Positions 28,379-32,000 of a stretch of DNA of 32,000 nt are shown here, one piece after another (within the stretch, counting starts at the first letter, position 1; every line of letters starts with the position of its first letter). The position numbers and the translations under genes were made by a program. The DNA is from Candidatus Fokinia solitaria (GTDB lineage: Bacteria > Pseudomonadota > Alphaproteobacteria > Rickettsiales > Midichloriaceae). The notes below the pieces were generated by a model. The model made no database searches. It was not told the origin of the DNA and saw only the letters and a program-made list of their open reading frames with translations. The stretch covers positions 540,001-572,000 of the forward strand of contig NZ_CP025989.1 of the NCBI RefSeq assembly GCF_003072485.1, given 5' to 3'.

Positions 28379-29518
28379 AGATGAGAACTTAAAATGCTTT
28401 AAGCATGTAATTAAAACGCTTATATAGAATATAAATATCCTAAAATGATAGTACTTTCCGTGCATGATAACGCTTAATAAGGTAAGTACTATCAAATTAG
28501 GATATATCATTTCCAGAATCGGATTTAAAAAATTGCTTATTCCTTCAAAATTCATTTGAGAGAATGCAAATGATGTAAAAGTCGTAAAAAATAACACACC
28601 GTGAAAACTTTTTGCTATTTTCAATATTGAGGATAAGTATCTGGCGTATATGCTATTTAGAGCCACAGCTGTAGTGAAACAAGATAAAGTCACTATTACT
28701 CCAACTACTACCTTACCATAATCTGGTACTATATAATTTACTACAGTAGCTAGTAAGAATTCCGGCGCTACATCTTGAACTACGTTAGAATATTTCGCAC
28801 CAAGAAAAACGAGACCTATATATACAAATGATAATATCATAGCGCCACATAGCATCGGAAAGATCGCAATTCTGATAATTTCCTTTGCACCTGCTAACGG
28901 AGGAATAGTATCTTTTATTTGATTAAAAATTAACGTAGAAAAGAAAAATGCAGCTAATAAATCCATCGTATGGTATCCAATTATAAATCCTTGATTAAAG
29001 GCATCAGGATATACATCTGATAATACTATATCTTCTTCTTTCATTAGTCCTATTAGAATCACACTCGCAAGCAGCACAAATAACATAGGACTCATCCATT
29101 TACCAAGCATCGAAAGAAGCCATCTTTCCTTAATGCAAAATAAAAACATCAAGATGCAAAATATTGCGCTGAAGGATGATAATTCGATATCAGAAAACGC
29201 GTATTTCATTGCGCCATGTGCCACTGCCACACATCTAGGCACTACACCTATTGATCCAAGTAACGATAAGGTAATTAATGGAAGAACTTTCCTTGCTATC
29301 TTGCCCCCTTCTCCAAAAAATGACTCATAACTCCCCTTATGCATTTTCACTGCAAACATACCTAGAAACGGCAACAACACTCCTGTAATAAGCAATCCAA
29401 AAGCTCCAAATAACCACTCTCCTTTTAATAAAATACCTACCTGAAGCGGAAATATAATATTACCTGATCCGAAGAACATTGCAAAAATTGCAAATCCATA
29501 AAATAGTGCCGACTTCAT
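28370..29518 (-). CDS. brnQ: Branched-chain amino acid transport system II carrier protein (LIVCS family)
   Basis: The ORF is 382 aa and polytopic. Its N-terminus, FAIFAMFFGSGNIIFPLQVG...FGLLITGVLLPFLG, matches the BrnQ signature (F.GAGNIIFPP.VG). An AGGAG Shine-Dalgarno sequence lies 7 nt upstream of the ATG. Confidence 0.85.
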   Translation of the reverse strand: MKSALFYGFAIFAMFFGSGNIIFPLQVGILLKGEWLFGAFGLLITGVLLPFLGMFAVKMHKGSYESFFGEGGKIARKVLPLITLSLLGSIGVVPRCVAVAHGAMKYAFSDIELSSFSAIFCILMFLFCIKERWLLSMLGKWMSPMLFVLLASVILIGLMKEEDIVLSDVYPDAFNQGFIIGYHTMDLLAAFFFSTLIFNQIKDTIPPLAGAKEIIRIAIFPMLCGAMILSFVYIGLVFLGAKYSNVVQDVAPEFLLATVVNYIVPDYGKVVVGVIVTLSCFTTAVALNSIYARYLSSILKIAKSFHGVLFFTTFTSFAFSQMNFEGISNFLNPILEMIYPNLIVLTLLSVIMHGKYYHFRIFIFYISVLITCLKHFKFSSLT

Positions 29519-29525
29519 AGCAAAT

Positions 29526-29530
29526 CTCCT
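29526..29530 (-). promoter_or_regulatory. Shine-Dalgarno sequence (AGGAG) for brnQ
   Basis: Plus-strand ctcct at 29526-29530 reads AGGAG on the minus strand. It is separated by 7 nt from the ATG at 29518. Confidence 0.6.
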
Positions 29531-29588
29531 TTCAATAAGTCAGGATGCTACATATTATACAAATGGTAGTAAAGTTAAAATGAAGAAT

Positions 29589-30314
29589 TTAGAAAAAGCT
29601 CATTACTTTATTTGAAAGATGCCTACCTCCGCCTAAATGGATAATTTCTCCGGTAATGGATCCGCTATTGATAAGAAAATTTAGCGCTGCTAATACCTCG
29701 CTAACTTCATTACTATAATTTAGTGGTGCAGCTTCACTAATTTTTTTAAAATGCTCTTCCGATTGATTTTCATTTCTTATGGTAGGGCCTAAAGCAACTC
29801 CATTAACTCTTACATGCGGCGCAAAACACAATGCAGCTTCCAAAGTATAACGATACAGCGCATGTTTTGTCACATAGTACTCAGTCAATGTATCTGACGT
29901 AAAGCATAATTCCGAATCTAATATGTTAATTACATGAAATGTACGCATATTATTATGCTGGATAGAGTGCTCATATATCGCTTTTGTCAATGCACATGCT
30001 GCAACATAATTTACGTTTAACACATCGACGAATTTTTTGTCAATTTTCTTCTTTTCTGCACTATATAATATGCTGACATTGTTAATGAGTAAATTGATGT
30101 CGCTTTTATGTATCAGTTCTGATAGCATATTAATATCTTTGTGCTTTCTGAGATCGCCGCGTATTAAGCGTGTGTTAGAGTTCGACAGGTAAGTGTCTAG
30201 GTTCTTCGGAGAGCTGTGGTAGTGCATCGTCACATTCCATGCATTCTTTACAAAGAAATCCGCAATACTCGTACCTAATTTACTGGTACTACCAGTAATA
30301 CATACATGCCGCAT
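29589..30314 (-). CDS. Short-chain dehydrogenase/reductase (SDR) family oxidoreductase, possibly pteridine reductase/FolM-like
   Basis: The ORF is 241 aa. It has an N-terminal Rossmann motif (ITGSTSKLG), the catalytic YxxxK motif (YYVTKHA) and VRVNGVALGPT. The specific substrate is not determinable by eye. Confidence 0.75.
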   Translation of the reverse strand: MRHVCITGSTSKLGTSIADFFVKNAWNVTMHYHSSPKNLDTYLSNSNTRLIRGDLRKHKDINMLSELIHKSDINLLINNVSILYSAEKKKIDKKFVDVLNVNYVAACALTKAIYEHSIQHNNMRTFHVINILDSELCFTSDTLTEYYVTKHALYRYTLEAALCFAPHVRVNGVALGPTIRNENQSEEHFKKISEAAPLNYSNEVSEVLAALNFLINSGSITGEIIHLGGGRHLSNKVMSFF

Positions 30315-30411
30315 ATCATTTTTTTTCTTTACTTGAAGTTACCGCTCAAGTATGTATTCATGATAATCGCAAAGCAATCACAGAAAAGCGTAAAATACAA
30401 TTATAAACAAC

Positions 30412-31677
30412 ATGTCAAGCCAAAAAATAAGCTGTCAGTTTTGTGGTCGAAGCGGCAGTGTGCTGAAGAAGGTCATTATAGGAAAAGAAGCAATGATATG
30501 CGGCAGCTGCGTAGAACTTTGTAATCTTATTTTGAAGGGAGATAGAGGAAATACTTATAATTCTCCAGAAGCGCTAGAATGCCCTCTTCCAAAGGATATA
30601 ACAGAAAAATTAGACGTACATATAGTAGGTCAACAGAATGCTAAGCGTATTCTTGCCGTAGCGGTGTATAATCACTTCTGCAGAATCAAAAATCGCGAAA
30701 ACTCTCCGCATGATGAACAAGAGGAAAATATACGAAAGATACGAGAAGAATTAAAAGATGTTGAAGTCGCTAAAAGTAATATATTATTAATAGGTCCTTC
30801 TGGATGCGGTAAAACTCTTATTGCCGAAACTTTAGCAAAAATCTTCTCACTTCCATTTGCAATAGCAGATGCAACTACATTAACAGAAACAGGTTATGTC
30901 GGAGAAGACGTAGAAAATGTCATCATGAGATTACTTGTTAACTGCGATTATAACGTAGAAGCAGCACAAAAAGGGATAGTATATATAGATGAGATAGATA
31001 AATTAGCAAAGAAGAAGCATGGCGGTTCTACTGCACGTGATATATCTGGAGAAGGAGTGCAGCAAGGACTTTTAAAGTTGATAGAAGGTACTGTTGTTAA
31101 TGTCAGCAGACATAGAGGAAGCGAGCCGATACAGGTCAATACTAAGAATATATTATTTGTCGTAGGCGGTGCATTTGAAGGTCTTGATAAGATTATCAGC
31201 TCTCGCGTAATAGACTCTGGCATAGGATTTTTATCAACTAGCGCCAAAAATAAGCAGAATCACGTTGAATTATCTGCGATTTTAAGAAAAGTAGAGCATG
31301 AAGATCTTTTAGATTATGGATTAATCCCGGAATTCATAGGTAGATTACCTGTAATTGTCACTCTTGATGCTTTAACTGAAGACGATCTTGTATCTATACT
31401 TGTATCTCCTAGAAATGCATTGATCAAACAGTACAAAAAAGTTCTTCTACAGAACAATATAGAGTTAGAATTTGAGCACGATGCACTTATAGAGATAGCG
31501 CGACTTAGTATAAGAAAAAAGACTGGCGCACGTGGATTACGCTCCATTTTAGAGCATTTATTGATAGAATGCATGTTTGAAGCGCCGCATAATCAATCTT
31601 ACAGAAAGATTATAATTACGAAAAATAACGTATTGGACTTTTTTTCTGAATCTAGAGTAGCTAACTTCGTAGCGTAA
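30412..31677 (+). CDS. clpX: ATP-dependent Clp protease ATP-binding subunit ClpX
   Basis: The ORF is 421 aa. It has an N-terminal C4 zinc finger (CQFCGRSG...CGSC), Walker A (GPSGCGKT), the pore-1 loop GYVGEDV, Walker B (IVYIDEIDK) and an IGF ClpP-docking loop (GIGF). Confidence 0.95.
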   Translation: MSSQKISCQFCGRSGSVLKKVIIGKEAMICGSCVELCNLILKGDRGNTYNSPEALECPLPKDITEKLDVHIVGQQNAKRILAVAVYNHFCRIKNRENSPHDEQEENIRKIREELKDVEVAKSNILLIGPSGCGKTLIAETLAKIFSLPFAIADATTLTETGYVGEDVENVIMRLLVNCDYNVEAAQKGIVYIDEIDKLAKKKHGGSTARDISGEGVQQGLLKLIEGTVVNVSRHRGSEPIQVNTKNILFVVGGAFEGLDKIISSRVIDSGIGFLSTSAKNKQNHVELSAILRKVEHEDLLDYGLIPEFIGRLPVIVTLDALTEDDLVSILVSPRNALIKQYKKVLLQNNIELEFEHDALIEIARLSIRKKTGARGLRSILEHLLIECMFEAPHNQSYRKIIITKNNVLDFFSESRVANFVA

Positions 31678-31699
31678 AAAATTTTTATTAGAGAGTAGT

Positions 31700-32000
31700 A
31701 TGGAACTTTTAATTGTAGAATCTCCCTCTAAAGCAAAGTCTATAAGCGGTTACCTCGGTAAAGGATTTAGTGTGATATCTTCATATGGACATGTACGTTC
31801 CATACCATCTAAATCTGGCATGATAGACTACAATAATCAGTTTCGTCCAACTTATTCTTTATCCGAAAAAGCTTCGCAAATCGTGGATCAAATTGCAGAA
31901 AAAGCAAAAAAAGCCACTAACATATACTTGGCTACCGATCCTGATAGAGAAGGAGAGGCAATAGCTTGGCACATAGCAGAAATACTGAGAGAGAGAAACG
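31700..32000 (+). CDS. topA: DNA topoisomerase I, N-terminal Toprim domain; 3' end truncated by the window edge
   Basis: The ATG at 31700 gives MELLIVESPSKAKSISGYLGKGFSVISSYGHVRSIPSKSG...ATDPDREGEAIAWHIAE. These are the ESPxKA and DxDREGE Toprim motifs. The ORF is not in the track because it runs off the right edge. It starts 22 bp after the clpX stop. Confidence 0.9.
   Translation, partial: MELLIVESPSKAKSISGYLGKGFSVISSYGHVRSIPSKSGMIDYNNQFRPTYSLSEKASQIVDQIAEKAKKATNIYLATDPDREGEAIAWHIAEILRERN

Noticed and set aside
29133-29330. A plus-strand 65-aa ORF inside brnQ.
   Set aside because: It is antisense to a confidently identified transporter gene.
30306-31574. ORF 30306..30524 (plus strand, overlapping the clpX start) and minus-strand ORFs 30948..31247 and 31314..31574 inside clpX.
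   Set aside because: They overlap, or lie antisense to, the unambiguous clpX frame and have no motifs of their own.
1-32000. Mobile elements, prophage or defence-system genes.
   Set aside because: I saw no transposase, integrase, terminal inverted repeats, cas, restriction-modification or toxin-antitoxin-like ORFs in any frame of the track or in my reading.

Overview
This is an AT-rich bacterial chromosome segment. Its recognisable genes (rseP-bamA, rpiB, a TrbC/VirB2-like pilin, brnQ, an SDR oxidoreductase, clpX-topA) fit a reduced Gram-negative genome, probably a Rickettsiales-like intracellular alphaproteobacterium. That taxon call is inference only. The dominant feature is missing from the supplied ORF track. 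Positions 1-21050 on the minus strand form one uninterrupted reading frame that starts at ATG 21050 and is still open at the left window edge, giving at least 7,016 codons. The track appears to omit edge-truncated ORFs, since topA at the right edge is also missing. By hand translation this giant protein has four parts: a hydrophilic N-terminus with no signal peptide; a head of about 1,500 aa built from recurring beta-hairpin-like modules; a nested 117/39-bp acidic tandem-repeat array (18264-19135) that splits the head; and at least 5,500 aa of Glu/Lys/Leu-rich, apparently helical sequence. I could recognise no enzymatic or known repeat family in it. It lies directly downstream of, and co-oriented with, rseP-bamA. 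Other notable points are listed here.
- bamA carries a 234-bp in-frame insertion flanked by a perfect 14-bp direct repeat, encoding a Cys-containing Lys/Ala/Glu-rich loop.
- A VirB2-like pilin gene sits alone, with no other T4SS genes in the window.
- A small Thr/Ser-rich secreted protein is followed by a clean intrinsic terminator.
- A 377-aa orphan protein contains 10 cysteines.
- clpX is not preceded by clpP and is tightly coupled to topA.
I saw no rRNA, tRNA, CRISPR array, transposase or integrase.
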